A stretch of 64,000 bases of DNA from Patescibacteria group bacterium. Its GTDB lineage: Bacteria; Patescibacteriota; Microgenomatia; UBA1400; PJMF01. The number at the start of each line of letters is the position of its first letter. Position 1 is the stretch's first letter. The stretch covers positions 118,274-182,273 of the forward strand of contig JBGTEY010000011.1 in assembly GCA_041747555.1 (NCBI GenBank), in the 5' to 3' direction. The translations under genes and the position numbers were made by a program. The notes below the pieces were generated by a model that was not told the origin of the DNA, ran no database searches, and was given only the letters and a program-made list of their open reading frames with translations. This document shows, one piece after another, positions 37,603 through 49,013 of this stretch.

Positions 37603-38469
37603 TTATTTTTTAGGCCGCTGTGGGAATACATTTTCTACGGCGGCTTTTAGTACCAACCACCCAAACTCAAGTAATCTCAACTGCCTTCTCCATCTCCAGG
37701 GTTCCTGAATGAGTCGATAGAGCCATTCTAGGTGCATACTTCGCATCCATCGCGGTGCGCGATGCAACTTTCCTAAGAGTACGTCAAAGCTCCCTCCAAC
37801 CACCATTGCGATTCGCACGTTTTGTTTTGTGAGGAACGCGCGGTGTTCTGCAATCCAGCGTTCTTGCCACGGGGCACCAAATGCGACAAACACAATTGCG
37901 GGTTTGTGTGTTGTGATGAGTTTTTGAACTGCGGTTTCTTCTGATTTTTTTGGTTGAGTGATGTCTTCATATCCCGGTGTCCAGTGAATTTGAATCTCTT
38001 TGGCAACATCCTGCCCTGCCTCCTCAAGAAACACGGTAATCTCCCCTGGATCAGATGCGTACCCCTGACCGCCAAGTAGCATCATGGGTAATTTCAGCGA
38101 CTTCCCCATTTGCAATAGCTCAGAAACAACATCTATTCCCGCAAATTTAGTGACAGGAACGAATGTTTCCTCAAGAAGACTTAAGAATTGAAATGCTAGT
38201 GCTGGTCCACTCTCTGCCAGGGCAAGATCTGCAGAACCCAAAACTTTAGCGAAGGTACGATTATGACTTGCTTGAACAAGTTGCTCTGCGTTGGGGGTAA
38301 CCACCATCTGGACCTCTGATGTCCCGATAAGTGAATCATGGAATTCTGTTAGCAGTTGTGCATGTGAACTGCTATATAGTTTTAGACGAGGCAATTTGCC
38401 TGATATAAACGTATTTTTCATATAATTGACCGCTTGCAAGCACTCGAGAGAAAAGCGAAACTCAGCCAA
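37603..38469 (-). CDS. WecB/TagA/CpsF-family glycosyltransferase (GT26)
   Basis: FGAPWQERWI...HLEWLYRLIQEPWRWRRQ conserved GT26 motifs. Confidence 0.8.
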   Translation of the reverse strand: MAEFRFSLECLQAVNYMKNTFISGKLPRLKLYSSSHAQLLTEFHDSLIGTSEVQMVVTPNAEQLVQASHNRTFAKVLGSADLALAESGPALAFQFLSLLEETFVPVTKFAGIDVVSELLQMGKSLKLPMMLLGGQGYASDPGEITVFLEEAGQDVAKEIQIHWTPGYEDITQPKKSEETAVQKLITTHKPAIVFVAFGAPWQERWIAEHRAFLTKQNVRIAMVVGGSFDVLLGKLHRAPRWMRSMHLEWLYRLIQEPWRWRRQLRLLEFGWLVLKAAVENVFPQRPKK

Positions 38470-38857
38470 AGAGTATCGAGCATGCTCGTGACTACACTAT
38501 ACCGCTGATTGTTGAAATTGCCTATCTCAACCCGTTTTGCGGTCGCGCGCGATTATTATTGCATTTTTTGCAAAGAACACACATTGTGTACAAATTTGCA
38601 TTTGTATTTTCTTCGTGGGTAAAATAACAAGTCCTACAAGATACGAAAATAATCCATAATGCATGCCCAACTGTGTGCAAATACTTCACAGGTAATGATT
38701 CATTTTGAAAATTTAAAATGCAAAAACGCTCGTTTTGAGTACATTTTTTTAGCCAACTGCAACGCTCATAGAAAACTAGGAAAGATTTTGATCAAAAAAG
38801 TGATAGGTGGATTCAAAAAGTGATGTTGCTGCGCTCTGGTCGAAAATTATTAACGGT

Positions 38858-39208
38858 CTAATCAGCTTTTTTTTCGTCAAAAACAGACCATTCACACTCG
38901 CTGAGATGAACTCGACTGTCGTTCTTAAACGGCACCCCTTCTTTCTCAAGTACAGCGCGCTGTGCCTCGGGGCCGCCAAATACATATCCGCCAGCCATTC
39001 TGCCATCGGTGTGTACTACTCTATGGCACGGTACTTGACTAGAATCGTCATTTGTGTGGAGCGCCATGCCAATGACTCTGGGGTGTGTACCGGTCAACAA
39101 CGCCAACGTTTTGTATGTCGTTACTTTGCCTGGAGGCACCTGTGCCACAATCTTAAAAATTGCATCCCTAATTACCGCTATTTTTGCCATACATGTAGTA
39201 TAGTACAC
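38858..39208 (-). CDS. ogt: methylated-DNA--protein-cysteine methyltransferase (single-domain)
   Basis: VPPGKVTTYKTLA...PCHRVV active-site motif. Confidence 0.75.
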   Translation of the reverse strand: MYYTTCMAKIAVIRDAIFKIVAQVPPGKVTTYKTLALLTGTHPRVIGMALHTNDDSSQVPCHRVVHTDGRMAGGYVFGGPEAQRAVLEKEGVPFKNDSRVHLSECEWSVFDEKKAD

Positions 39209-39216
39209 TTATTACA

Positions 39217-40662
39217 ATGACTGAATCTGTATCTAACCTCCGCGAACGCTATCCGGTGTTTCATGTATTGAATCCCACCTGGGAACTCGGTGAAACTGCA
39301 TTAAAAATCACGTGTCACTACCAAACCGGCGAGCACTCCTTCGACCATACCCTTGAGTTTCACGACATTCCTTACGATCGCGTTGCAGAATTACCGCAAT
39401 CCGCGCAAGTATACCTAAGTAGACAGATTGCCCTGGTTGAAGTATTTAATTACTGGAAACTCACCTGCTCGCCAGAGATTCATGCCGCTTGGCATATGAC
39501 AACCGAGGAACAAGGCTGGTGGCACAATCTCCTCGAACACGGCATGGGTGAATATTTTTATCAAAATAACATCGCCTTTAGCAAGCCGGATTTCATCAAA
39601 TTTACTTCAGAAGACGGCACTGCACCAGAGGAAACACAACTTTTTGTAGACCGAGAACAACCGTCATATCTAATTCCCGTTGGTGGTGGCAAAGATTCGT
39701 CCGTCACGCTCGAGCTCCTCGGCAAGTATGCCAGACAAGAAGGCTATCGCTCAGCCACAATTATGGTAAACCCCAGCAAAGCTGCTAAAACCACTGCTGA
39801 GACCAGCCCTGTAGAAACGCACCTCACGATCACCAGAACGCTCGATCCGCTCCTCCTCAAGCTCAACGGCGAAGGCTTTCTCAATGGCCACGTCCCATTC
39901 TCTGCGATGTTGGCAATGCTTGGGTTTACTGCAGCAGTGCTTCATGACTACAACTCCATCCCAATTTCTAACGAGCGCAGCTCAAATGAAGGCAATGTTT
40001 CTTTTCAAAACCGCACTATAAATCACCAATACTCCAAAACCTATGCCTTTGAGACAAGTTTTAGAGATTTCGGGGCAATGGCATTTTCACAAAGTCCTGA
40101 TTACTTTTCTTATCTGAGGCCATTGTACGAGCTGCAAATTGCGCAGCTCTTTGCCACCATGCCGCACTATCATCAACTATTTCTCAGTTGTAACCGCAAC
40201 CAAAAACAAAACACATGGTGTGGCACCTGTCCCAAGTGCCTTTTTACCTATAGCGCGCTCCTTCCCCATCTAGGAGAACCAAAAACCACTGAGATTTTTG
40301 GGACCGCTGTGTTAGAAAATGAGTCACTCTTCCCCCTCGCTCTTGAGCTTGTTGGCCAAGAAGCCTGCAAGCCATTTGAATGCGTTGGAACGCAAGAAGA
40401 ATCAATTGTGGCACTGTATTTATGCCAAGAATGGTTTGAGCAACGATCGCTTCCACTCCCCAAATTACTAAAAGAAATCAGCGTTCACGTCCTGCGCAGT
40501 GAACCGGGATTATTTGAGCGCTCTCAAGCACTGCTCGACTCCTGGAATAATCGCCACCACATACCTGTGGATCTCGAGTCAATTCTAAGAGATGCGCTGT
40601 CTCACATTCCGCAACCGCAACTTACTCAAACTGCAGAACCAATACAAAACCAAGATCAGTAG
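39217..40662 (+). CDS. hypothetical PP-loop-like ATPase-fold protein with C-terminal CxxCxxC cluster
   Basis: PVGGGKDSSVTLELL resembles SGGxDS PP-loop; WCGTCPKCLF Cys cluster; translationally adjacent (20 nt) to murD-like gene. Confidence 0.45.
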   Translation: MTESVSNLRERYPVFHVLNPTWELGETALKITCHYQTGEHSFDHTLEFHDIPYDRVAELPQSAQVYLSRQIALVEVFNYWKLTCSPEIHAAWHMTTEEQGWWHNLLEHGMGEYFYQNNIAFSKPDFIKFTSEDGTAPEETQLFVDREQPSYLIPVGGGKDSSVTLELLGKYARQEGYRSATIMVNPSKAAKTTAETSPVETHLTITRTLDPLLLKLNGEGFLNGHVPFSAMLAMLGFTAAVLHDYNSIPISNERSSNEGNVSFQNRTINHQYSKTYAFETSFRDFGAMAFSQSPDYFSYLRPLYELQIAQLFATMPHYHQLFLSCNRNQKQNTWCGTCPKCLFTYSALLPHLGEPKTTEIFGTAVLENESLFPLALELVGQEACKPFECVGTQEESIVALYLCQEWFEQRSLPLPKLLKEISVHVLRSEPGLFERSQALLDSWNNRHHIPVDLESILRDALSHIPQPQLTQTAEPIQNQDQ

Positions 40663-40681
40663 AAAAATCACATAAGGAAAA

Positions 40682-42181
40682 ATGCTCTCACTCAATCCTT
40701 TACCAGAAGAAGTTGCGCACGCAAAAACAATTGTACTGTTCGGACTAGGGAGAGAGGCGCATTCAACGTATACGTTTTTGAAAAACTATGCGTCTCTGAG
40801 TCAAGTAGGATCAGCCCCTGATTTTTCATTTGTGCTCATGGATGATCAACAACTAGAGCAAATCAGTCCAGTCTGGAAAGAAGTTGCAGATCAGGAAAGT
40901 GTGACATTTGTGGGATCGGTAGTGCCAGACGTTGATCCTGCTTCAACACTACTCTTTGTTTCCCCCGGAATCCCACCCACTCATTCTATTCTTGCACAAT
41001 TACTGCAAAGAAATATTCCACACACTTCCAACACCGATCTCGCACTCAAATTACTTCCCAAAAATGTCCACACCATAGGCATCACCGGCACCAAGGGCAA
41101 AAGCACCACCTCCGCACTCATTCACCACGTGTTGACTGTAGGTAAAACACCCACTTTTTTGGGAGGGAATATTGGCACTGCTCCACTTGACGTGGTCGCA
41201 CAGATTGCACACTCACCAGAGGTTGCACATGAAACATCAGCCGCTACTCTTGCAGCCATCGCAGTCCTTGAGCTCTCAAGCCACCAACTCCGCACCACAA
41301 CGGTGAGTCCACAGATTGCCGTCATTCTTGATATTACGCCAGAGCACCTCGATTATTACCATACATTCGAAGAATACCAGTCGGCCAAGGCAAAAATCGT
41401 CGCCCATCAAACAGCTAACGACATCGTTGTCTTCAATCCTGATCACGAAACCGCTGCAGCAATTGCCGCAACATCTGCAGGTAAAAAGCTCGAATTCACC
41501 ACCCATCCGCCGCTCTCGCCAACCTCTGACGACTATCCTGTTGTTGCGTATTTACATGAAAATAAATTGATGTACGGTTCAGAAACCATTCTAGAAGACA
41601 CCGATCAAATGCAAATTATTGGCAACCACAATAGAGAAAATGCCCTCCCCAGTGTAGTTATTGCTAAAGAATATGGGCTCGAAAATCAGCAAATCGCAAC
41701 AGCGCTTCTAAATTTCACAGGATTACCACATCGCTTGCAGTTCGTAGCAGAAGATCGAGGCGTATGGTACATTAATGACTCACTTTCAACAACTCCAGAG
41801 GCAGCAGTGGCTGCGCTGCAGACATTCAACGATTCTTCTGTTGTTCTCATCGCTGGTGGCCACGATCGTCATCTCGACTTTGGCCCCCTGGCCCGCCAAA
41901 TTCTCGCACAATCGGTCACCGCGCTCATCACCTTCCCTCCGACAGGCGAACAAATCACCCGCGCCCTCTACCAGATGCAGCCAAACAGCCCTCTCCTCCA
42001 AGAGGCAGGTTTCAAGGTCAATTCCATGAGCGAAGCCGTCAGCATTGCCAAAAAAATGGCTCGACCAGGAGACGTTGTGCTCTTGAGTCCGGGAAGTGCG
42101 AGCTTTGGATTATTTGAGGATTATGCAGATCGTGGTGAGCAGTTCGTGAATGCAGTGACAGACCATTCAGACGCCCAATAG
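40682..42181 (+). CDS. murD: UDP-N-acetylmuramoyl-L-alanine--glutamate ligase (MurD family)
   Basis: Mur ligase P-loop GITGTKGKSTTSAL, central and C-terminal Mur ligase domains; AAGGA RBS. Confidence 0.75.
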   Translation: MLSLNPLPEEVAHAKTIVLFGLGREAHSTYTFLKNYASLSQVGSAPDFSFVLMDDQQLEQISPVWKEVADQESVTFVGSVVPDVDPASTLLFVSPGIPPTHSILAQLLQRNIPHTSNTDLALKLLPKNVHTIGITGTKGKSTTSALIHHVLTVGKTPTFLGGNIGTAPLDVVAQIAHSPEVAHETSAATLAAIAVLELSSHQLRTTTVSPQIAVILDITPEHLDYYHTFEEYQSAKAKIVAHQTANDIVVFNPDHETAAAIAATSAGKKLEFTTHPPLSPTSDDYPVVAYLHENKLMYGSETILEDTDQMQIIGNHNRENALPSVVIAKEYGLENQQIATALLNFTGLPHRLQFVAEDRGVWYINDSLSTTPEAAVAALQTFNDSSVVLIAGGHDRHLDFGPLARQILAQSVTALITFPPTGEQITRALYQMQPNSPLLQEAGFKVNSMSEAVSIAKKMARPGDVVLLSPGSASFGLFEDYADRGEQFVNAVTDHSDAQ

Positions 42182-42208
42182 GATATATTCGCAAAATTGT
42201 CGTGATTT

Positions 42209-42961
42209 TTAGTTTTTTTTCTCAATTGTTGCGGTAATTGCTTTATGATCGCTCACTCCAGCATGTAATTTCACGTCTCGAGCCACAAATCCGTCAGTCA
42301 AAAACAATCCATCTACCATTAAGTTAGCCGTTTTCCCAATTGGATGAATATCAGGATCAAGTGATGTCACATACTCTTGAGGAATATAATCAGTAAATAG
42401 TTCCGCAAATGCAGTAAATACCTTCTCTCCTCTGGGGGCATTAAGATCGCCGCAGAAAATTAATTCATCATACTTCGCAAACACTTTTTTGAGTGATTCA
42501 AGCGCTTCCCATTGCTCTGGATTGTCTTTGCCGTTGGGTGTCCAGACAAAATGCGTCGTTGCGACGGGATATATCACTCCATCAACCTCAATCTGCGCCA
42601 CAAGCAGTTTTCTGACTGGAGAAAGTGGATCTGTAAATTCTGGAACCTCACCATCACTCTCGTCTCCATTTGACTCTCGATGTGGATTTAGATACAAATG
42701 CGAAGTCACTTCCATTGGGTGTGCAGAAAAACAAGCAATTCCCTGCTCGCCAAACAACTGATGGGTGAATCTGTTTTCTTTGGTAAACGTTGTTAGTGAC
42801 GCATACTCACCGTGCATTCCGCCTAGCATTTCAGATACCAACTCCAAATCCATCTTAAAAATTTCTTGAAAACAAACGACATCCGCTGTATTTTTGGTGA
42901 AAAATTCGGCAAGTTTATCAAGATGTCGGCGGCCTTCGATATTGACTGAAATTAGTTTCAT
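42209..42961 (-). CDS. endonuclease/exonuclease/phosphatase (EEP) family protein
   Basis: VVCFQEIF, GDLNAPR, SDHKAI motifs. Confidence 0.7.
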   Translation of the reverse strand: MKLISVNIEGRRHLDKLAEFFTKNTADVVCFQEIFKMDLELVSEMLGGMHGEYASLTTFTKENRFTHQLFGEQGIACFSAHPMEVTSHLYLNPHRESNGDESDGEVPEFTDPLSPVRKLLVAQIEVDGVIYPVATTHFVWTPNGKDNPEQWEALESLKKVFAKYDELIFCGDLNAPRGEKVFTAFAELFTDYIPQEYVTSLDPDIHPIGKTANLMVDGLFLTDGFVARDVKLHAGVSDHKAITATIEKKN

Positions 42962-44004
42962 ATTCCTATACCTCTCCCTTCCTGCGAATACCCCAAGCTC
43001 TCCCTAAATAAATCCAGATGTTCCAGCGCGGTCGAAATCCCATGAATCACCACCAAATCAGAGTGCTCCACCACAGAAACGGGTACACCCAATCGAGCAG
43101 TCGCAAAACTTGTGAAATCAGAAAGCTGAGCCAGACCACCAGACAACAACAGTCCTTTATCAATCACGTCACTCGTTAATTCAGGGGGTAATTTGGACAA
43201 TAACTTAGTGAGTACATTCAAGTAGCGCTCAGCCACAACGGTCACTTCAGGTAGAAAATCACTAGCTTTGACCGCAACTTCTTTTGGGTTGCCGTGTTGC
43301 ACGTCTTGACCAGCTACAAGTGATTGGGCACCTTCACTTCCGGTCACAGAAACAACAGATTTTAGTAATTTACTTGCTTCAGAACGACTGACAACGATAG
43401 CGTGCTCTTTTTTAAGAGAAAATTGTAAGCGTTCTAGTAAATGAATTCCCGCATACTTCGTATCAACAGCGCTCACAATACTCCCTAGAGAAATAACCGC
43501 ACCCTCAACAACTCCTGCTCCCATGTGCAAGAAAAAACTTCCCGAAGCATCTGCAATCGGCACGCCAGAACCAATACTCGCTGCCAAAGGTTGAGAAATC
43601 GTATACACCTCCCCTGCTCCCACGTCGTACATGAGTTGCGTCATGGCTTGGCGGGCAGTTTGGGTACTGAGCGCTGGGACACTGGCCATGATGACAGGAC
43701 TTATCAGGGGTTTTCGCTTTAATTCTCGCTGTAATAATACCTTAAGCAAGGCTAGGCCAATCGTGCTGTCGTACAATTCTCCCGCAACAACTGGATAGTG
43801 AATTGAGATGTGTTCCCCAACGCGACCTTCCATTTCTTCTGCGTCGGTTCCGACTGCAATCACGCGCTGTGTGGTGTTTTCAATGGCAATGCAGGCTGGC
43901 TCATCGACGATCAATCCACCCGCGTCAACCCAAATTCGCACTCGACTAGAACCGAGATCGATTCCGACACGGCGGACTAGTTTGGGAATACTTGGAAATT
44001 TCAT
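42958..44004 (-). CDS. mreB: rod-shape-determining actin homolog MreB
   Basis: GIDLGSSRVRIWV, EPAAASIGSG-like (SQPLAASIGSG), GAGVVEGAVISLG, LLSGGLAQL motifs collinear with MreB; 348 aa. Confidence 0.8.
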   Translation of the reverse strand: MKFPSIPKLVRRVGIDLGSSRVRIWVDAGGLIVDEPACIAIENTTQRVIAVGTDAEEMEGRVGEHISIHYPVVAGELYDSTIGLALLKVLLQRELKRKPLISPVIMASVPALSTQTARQAMTQLMYDVGAGEVYTISQPLAASIGSGVPIADASGSFFLHMGAGVVEGAVISLGSIVSAVDTKYAGIHLLERLQFSLKKEHAIVVSRSEASKLLKSVVSVTGSEGAQSLVAGQDVQHGNPKEVAVKASDFLPEVTVVAERYLNVLTKLLSKLPPELTSDVIDKGLLLSGGLAQLSDFTSFATARLGVPVSVVEHSDLVVIHGISTALEHLDLFRESLGYSQEGRGIGI

Positions 44005-44040
44005 TGTGACGTCACTCCTACTTCCCTATATAATACCTGT

Positions 44041-45447
44041 ATGCGCAAGCACATCAACAACCTTCTCAGTCGTCGTGGTATGTATACCATATTTGGTGCA
44101 GTTTTTATTATACTTGGCACCTTTGTGGCTATTCAGTATGCTAATGGAAACTTGCGCTTAACCGATGATGGTGTTGTCCAAGGCACCGGGCTTTTGGCAG
44201 CAAATTCATTTCCACCAGGGGCAGAAGTGTTGGTCAATGACAAACTTGTCACTGCTACTGATGACACGATTTATCTCCAGCCAGGTGAATACATCGTTCA
44301 AATTAGAAAAGATGGCTATGCACCCTGGAGCAAGAACTTGCGCGTAGAACAAGAGCTCGTCACTCAAACCAACGCCAAATTATTTCCCTCTGCACCAAGC
44401 CTCTCTCCGCTCACTTTCACCGGTGTGCAGAATTTACACCCTTCTCCAGATGGTCAAAAAGTTGTCTATTACACAGCCAGCGCATCTGCAGAGCGCAAAA
44501 ATGGCTTGTATGTACTTGATCTAAATAGTGGTTCAGCACTGCCATTTCAGCGTGGTCCGAGGCAAATTTCTTTTGATTCATCAATTTTTGATCTAGAGAA
44601 TGCAGATTTTATCTGGTCACCTGATAGTAGTGAACTGATTGTGATGTCAAATGATCGCGAGGTATTACTCAATGTTTCTACCACCAATGATCTCGACACG
44701 TTGTCCGACATCAGCTTTCAGAGACAACAGATTCTCTCGACATGGGAGCAAGAAATGTACATTAGAGAACGCCAATTTTTGAAGGAATTCCCACCTGAAA
44801 TTCTACAAATTGCTACCAGTAGTGCCAAAAATTTATATATCTCCCCAGACAAGAAACGACTACTCTACACTGCGACAGAGGCCGCAACAATTCCTGATAC
44901 CATCGTGCCGCCAATTCCCGCAACCAACACTCAGCCAGAAGAACGAAACCTCGTAGCGGGTGGAATTTATGTCTATGATCGAGAAGAAGATAAGAATTTC
45001 AGAGTAGCAACAGAGGCCGGTGACACCGTATCTGAACTTGCCACAGGCTTAAATCTTGAGGAGAATTTGGCAGAGGGTGCGCGAAAACAATTACTCGCAC
45101 TTGATATTCTTCAGGAACGATCTCCACTTTTGACCGCTAGCCCAAGCGCTTTCACCTCACTTCAAGCTACAGAATCAGCGCAAACTGCGAAAAATTTCAA
45201 TACATACCACAGCTCACTGTATGCAAATACCGTGCAATGGTTCCCAGATTCTAAGCATCTGATTTACTTACAAAACGGAACAATTAAGGTCATGGAGTAC
45301 GATGCATCAAATAAAACCACGATCTACTCTGGACCATTTTTCGATCAATTTGTGTACCCGTGGCCTGATGGAAGCCGGTTGTTAATTAAAACCGCCTTCA
45401 GTCCAGATTCACCGACGAATTTGTATGGAATTGAGCTAGGAGAATAA
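44041..45447 (+). CDS. membrane-anchored PEGA-domain protein with TolB-like beta-propeller repeats
   Basis: N-terminal TM, PPGAEV...GEYIVQIRKDGYAPW (PEGA), repeated SPDG/WSPD motifs. Confidence 0.6.
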   Translation: MRKHINNLLSRRGMYTIFGAVFIILGTFVAIQYANGNLRLTDDGVVQGTGLLAANSFPPGAEVLVNDKLVTATDDTIYLQPGEYIVQIRKDGYAPWSKNLRVEQELVTQTNAKLFPSAPSLSPLTFTGVQNLHPSPDGQKVVYYTASASAERKNGLYVLDLNSGSALPFQRGPRQISFDSSIFDLENADFIWSPDSSELIVMSNDREVLLNVSTTNDLDTLSDISFQRQQILSTWEQEMYIRERQFLKEFPPEILQIATSSAKNLYISPDKKRLLYTATEAATIPDTIVPPIPATNTQPEERNLVAGGIYVYDREEDKNFRVATEAGDTVSELATGLNLEENLAEGARKQLLALDILQERSPLLTASPSAFTSLQATESAQTAKNFNTYHSSLYANTVQWFPDSKHLIYLQNGTIKVMEYDASNKTTIYSGPFFDQFVYPWPDGSRLLIKTAFSPDSPTNLYGIELGE

Positions 45448-45455
45448 TTATTTTC

Positions 45456-45854
45456 TCACTTTTTTGCACCGTGAGTTCGACCTGGGTGTTTATTGACATT
45501 ATATCTTATTTTGGAATTACTTCTGCCACGACTTCGACCATTCCCTTGCTTAAAAGATCTGACATTTTTTGCTAGATACACAGGATCTCCCTGATTGTAG
45601 AGGCGAACGACAAGATCAAATGTTACCTGACTACCTTCAGAAAGTCTTAGATTTGAATCTAAGTTCTTTGGTTTTACCCGCACACGACCAATACCTGGGA
45701 CATCACACTCGATGTACTTCTTCCCACCCTCAATAAATACCACACCATTTAATCCTTGTGTTTCGTGCTCGTCCATCAATTTTCGTACCTCGGTATTCTT
45801 CTGAGCCACGCGAAAACCAGAATGATCGATATTGCCTGCAATTTCTGCCATCAT
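45456..45854 (-). CDS. hypothetical protein with basic C-terminal tail (possible OB-fold nucleic-acid binder)
   Basis: 132 aa, Arg/Lys/Gly-rich C-terminus. Confidence 0.35.
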   Translation of the reverse strand: MMAEIAGNIDHSGFRVAQKNTEVRKLMDEHETQGLNGVVFIEGGKKYIECDVPGIGRVRVKPKNLDSNLRLSEGSQVTFDLVVRLYNQGDPVYLAKNVRSFKQGNGRSRGRSNSKIRYNVNKHPGRTHGAKK

Positions 45855-45912
45855 AAGTGCTAATTATACCAGAATATGCAAATTCGATGTTACAATTACC
45901 CTTTACGGACTA

Positions 45913-45986
45913 CGGAGAGTGGCGCAGATGGCTAGCGCGCTGTGTTCGGAACGCAGAGGTCGCAGGTTCGAGTCCTGTCTCTCCGA
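45913..45986 (+). tRNA. tRNA-Pro (anticodon CGG)
   Basis: CGGAGAG acceptor, D-arm GCGC-AGATGGCTA-GCGC, anticodon loop TTCGGAA, T-arm GCAGGTTCGAGTCCTGT. Confidence 0.85.
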
Positions 45987-45991
45987 CATAT

Positions 45992-46020
45992 AAAAAAGCG
46001 ACCATGAGGTCGTTTTTTTT
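45992..46020. terminator. bidirectional intrinsic terminator
   Basis: AAAAAA-GCGACC-ATGA-GGTCG-TTTTTTTT. Confidence 0.5.
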
Positions 46021-46131
46021 ATATGTTGGAGTGGGCAACGGAATCGGAGCTATTTGGTTCTGCCGCCAAGCGACCGAAACTTATTGCAATGCATGAAAAA
46101 CGAAGCGCGTGGCTAATCCCCGAAGGGGAGC

Positions 46132-46148
46132 GTCCTGTCTCTCCGACA
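46132..46148 (+). repeat. 17-nt direct repeat of tRNA-Pro 3' end
   Basis: GTCCTGTCTCTCCGACA identical to 45972-45988. Confidence 0.5.
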
Positions 46149-46212
46149 AGGAAGTGATTAAAATAGACCGCTAAGCTGACTTTCAAATACAGTTGTCAAA
46201 AAAAGTTGCAAA

Positions 46213-46515
46213 CTAAACTTGCCACGCTTGAGCAATTGATTCGTCTATTTGTTGCCATCCATTTAAAGACGAATAAGTTAAAAGAAACGTTTTGGATATA
46301 GTTTGTCCCTCAGCATTTTTTCCCGCAACATTTACAGCCAGGGCTCTGTTTTCCTGGGATTCTGGAAATTCCAAGCTGATAGAATTACTGTGGCGGATTA
46401 CTGATACTTTTTCAGAAGGAAGAAATCCAACAACTGAAAAGCCAGTCATTTCAGGCAGCAATCCCTCTGGTAGTGGAATTGTTAAAGTTAGATTTCGACG
46501 TAGTTTTTCGCTCAT
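46213..46515 (-). CDS. hypothetical protein
   Basis: 100 aa ORF, no motif. Confidence 0.35.
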   Translation of the reverse strand: MSEKLRRNLTLTIPLPEGLLPEMTGFSVVGFLPSEKVSVIRHSNSISLEFPESQENRALAVNVAGKNAEGQTISKTFLLTYSSLNGWQQIDESIAQAWQV

Positions 46516-46765
46516 ATTCTCACAAAAATGGTTGTTAGTTCTTTTTATGTAGTATTATGCAAACCTATCGATCGCACAATAATGAATACAAGTTATTTGG
46601 TGCTAGAATTAAAAATAATAACTGTTATCTATTGATTAGAGAGAAAAAATATAAAAGGCGAATATGATAGTAGCAAAACTGCAAATTGAAGCAAGAAAAT
46701 ATGGATTTTTGCCTAACTTTATCCCCAACCCCGCTTTGGATGTATATCTATCAAACTAGGATTCG

Positions 46766-47719
46766 ATGTCCAAAAGCACTCCTCACTCAAAAATTACCAT
46801 CACCGGCACCATAGGCCACGACAACATCATGAACTTCGCTGGCAAATTTGCCGACCGAATTATGCCAGAAATGGTCCACCAACTGTCCCTCAGTTTCTTA
46901 ATTGACGAACTCAGAACCGAAATTGGCGGCACGGCCACCAACATCGCCTACTCGCTCAATCTCCTTGGTCACAAGCCACAAATCGTCTCTGCAATAGGCA
47001 ACGATGGCGCGGATATACTAGAATTTTTAGAGAGTCACCATATTTCTACCACCCATATCTTACAAACTCCTAACCACAAAACTGGCGCCTACTTCGTCAT
47101 CACCGACACCGATAATAACCAGATCGGCTCGTTCTACACCGGTGCCACCCAGCGCGCGGCAGAAACCAGCATTCCCAAAGACACCGATTTTGCAGTCCTC
47201 GCCCCCACTCTCCCCGAGGCTATGAATAAATACGTCAAGGAATGTCAAAAGCACAAGATCCCGTATTTGTACGACCCCGCATTTCAAATTGATCATTTTT
47301 CTGCAAAAGAACTTCTCACCGCCATCAAGGGAGCAGCAATTCTGATCGGCAACGACTACGAAATTTCACTCATCAAACAAAAAATTGCCAAATCCCACAC
47401 CGAATTACTCAAATTAGTCCCTATCCTCATCACCACCCTTGGTTCAGAAGGTTCAAAAATAGAGACCGCCACGAAACAACACATAATCCCCCCAGCCAAG
47501 CCCAAAAACACCACCGATCCAACCGGCGCAGGCGACGCTTTCCGCGCGGGATTTCTCGCAGGGTACTTGAGAGGATTTGATCTTGAAATCTGTGGTATGA
47601 TGGGTTCTGTATCGAGCGTGTACACGGTAGAAAAATACGGAACCGTGACACATTCGTACACGATTTCAGACTTTAAAAAACGATTTCAAGAGAATTTTAA
47701 CAAAAAACTACCGTTATAA
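46766..47719 (+). CDS. PfkB-family carbohydrate/nucleoside kinase (adenosine-kinase-like)
   Basis: DPTGAGDAFRAGF (DTxGAGD motif), N-terminal GG dipeptide region; adjacent to ahcY. Confidence 0.7.
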   Translation: MSKSTPHSKITITGTIGHDNIMNFAGKFADRIMPEMVHQLSLSFLIDELRTEIGGTATNIAYSLNLLGHKPQIVSAIGNDGADILEFLESHHISTTHILQTPNHKTGAYFVITDTDNNQIGSFYTGATQRAAETSIPKDTDFAVLAPTLPEAMNKYVKECQKHKIPYLYDPAFQIDHFSAKELLTAIKGAAILIGNDYEISLIKQKIAKSHTELLKLVPILITTLGSEGSKIETATKQHIIPPAKPKNTTDPTGAGDAFRAGFLAGYLRGFDLEICGMMGSVSSVYTVEKYGTVTHSYTISDFKKRFQENFNKKLPL

Positions 47720-49012
<1,293 letters not shown>

Positions 49013-49013
49013 T

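Noticed and set aside
42958-44004. Initial call as type IV pilus PilM / FtsA
   Set aside because: Collinear alignment with MreB motifs is much stronger and no pilN/pilO follow
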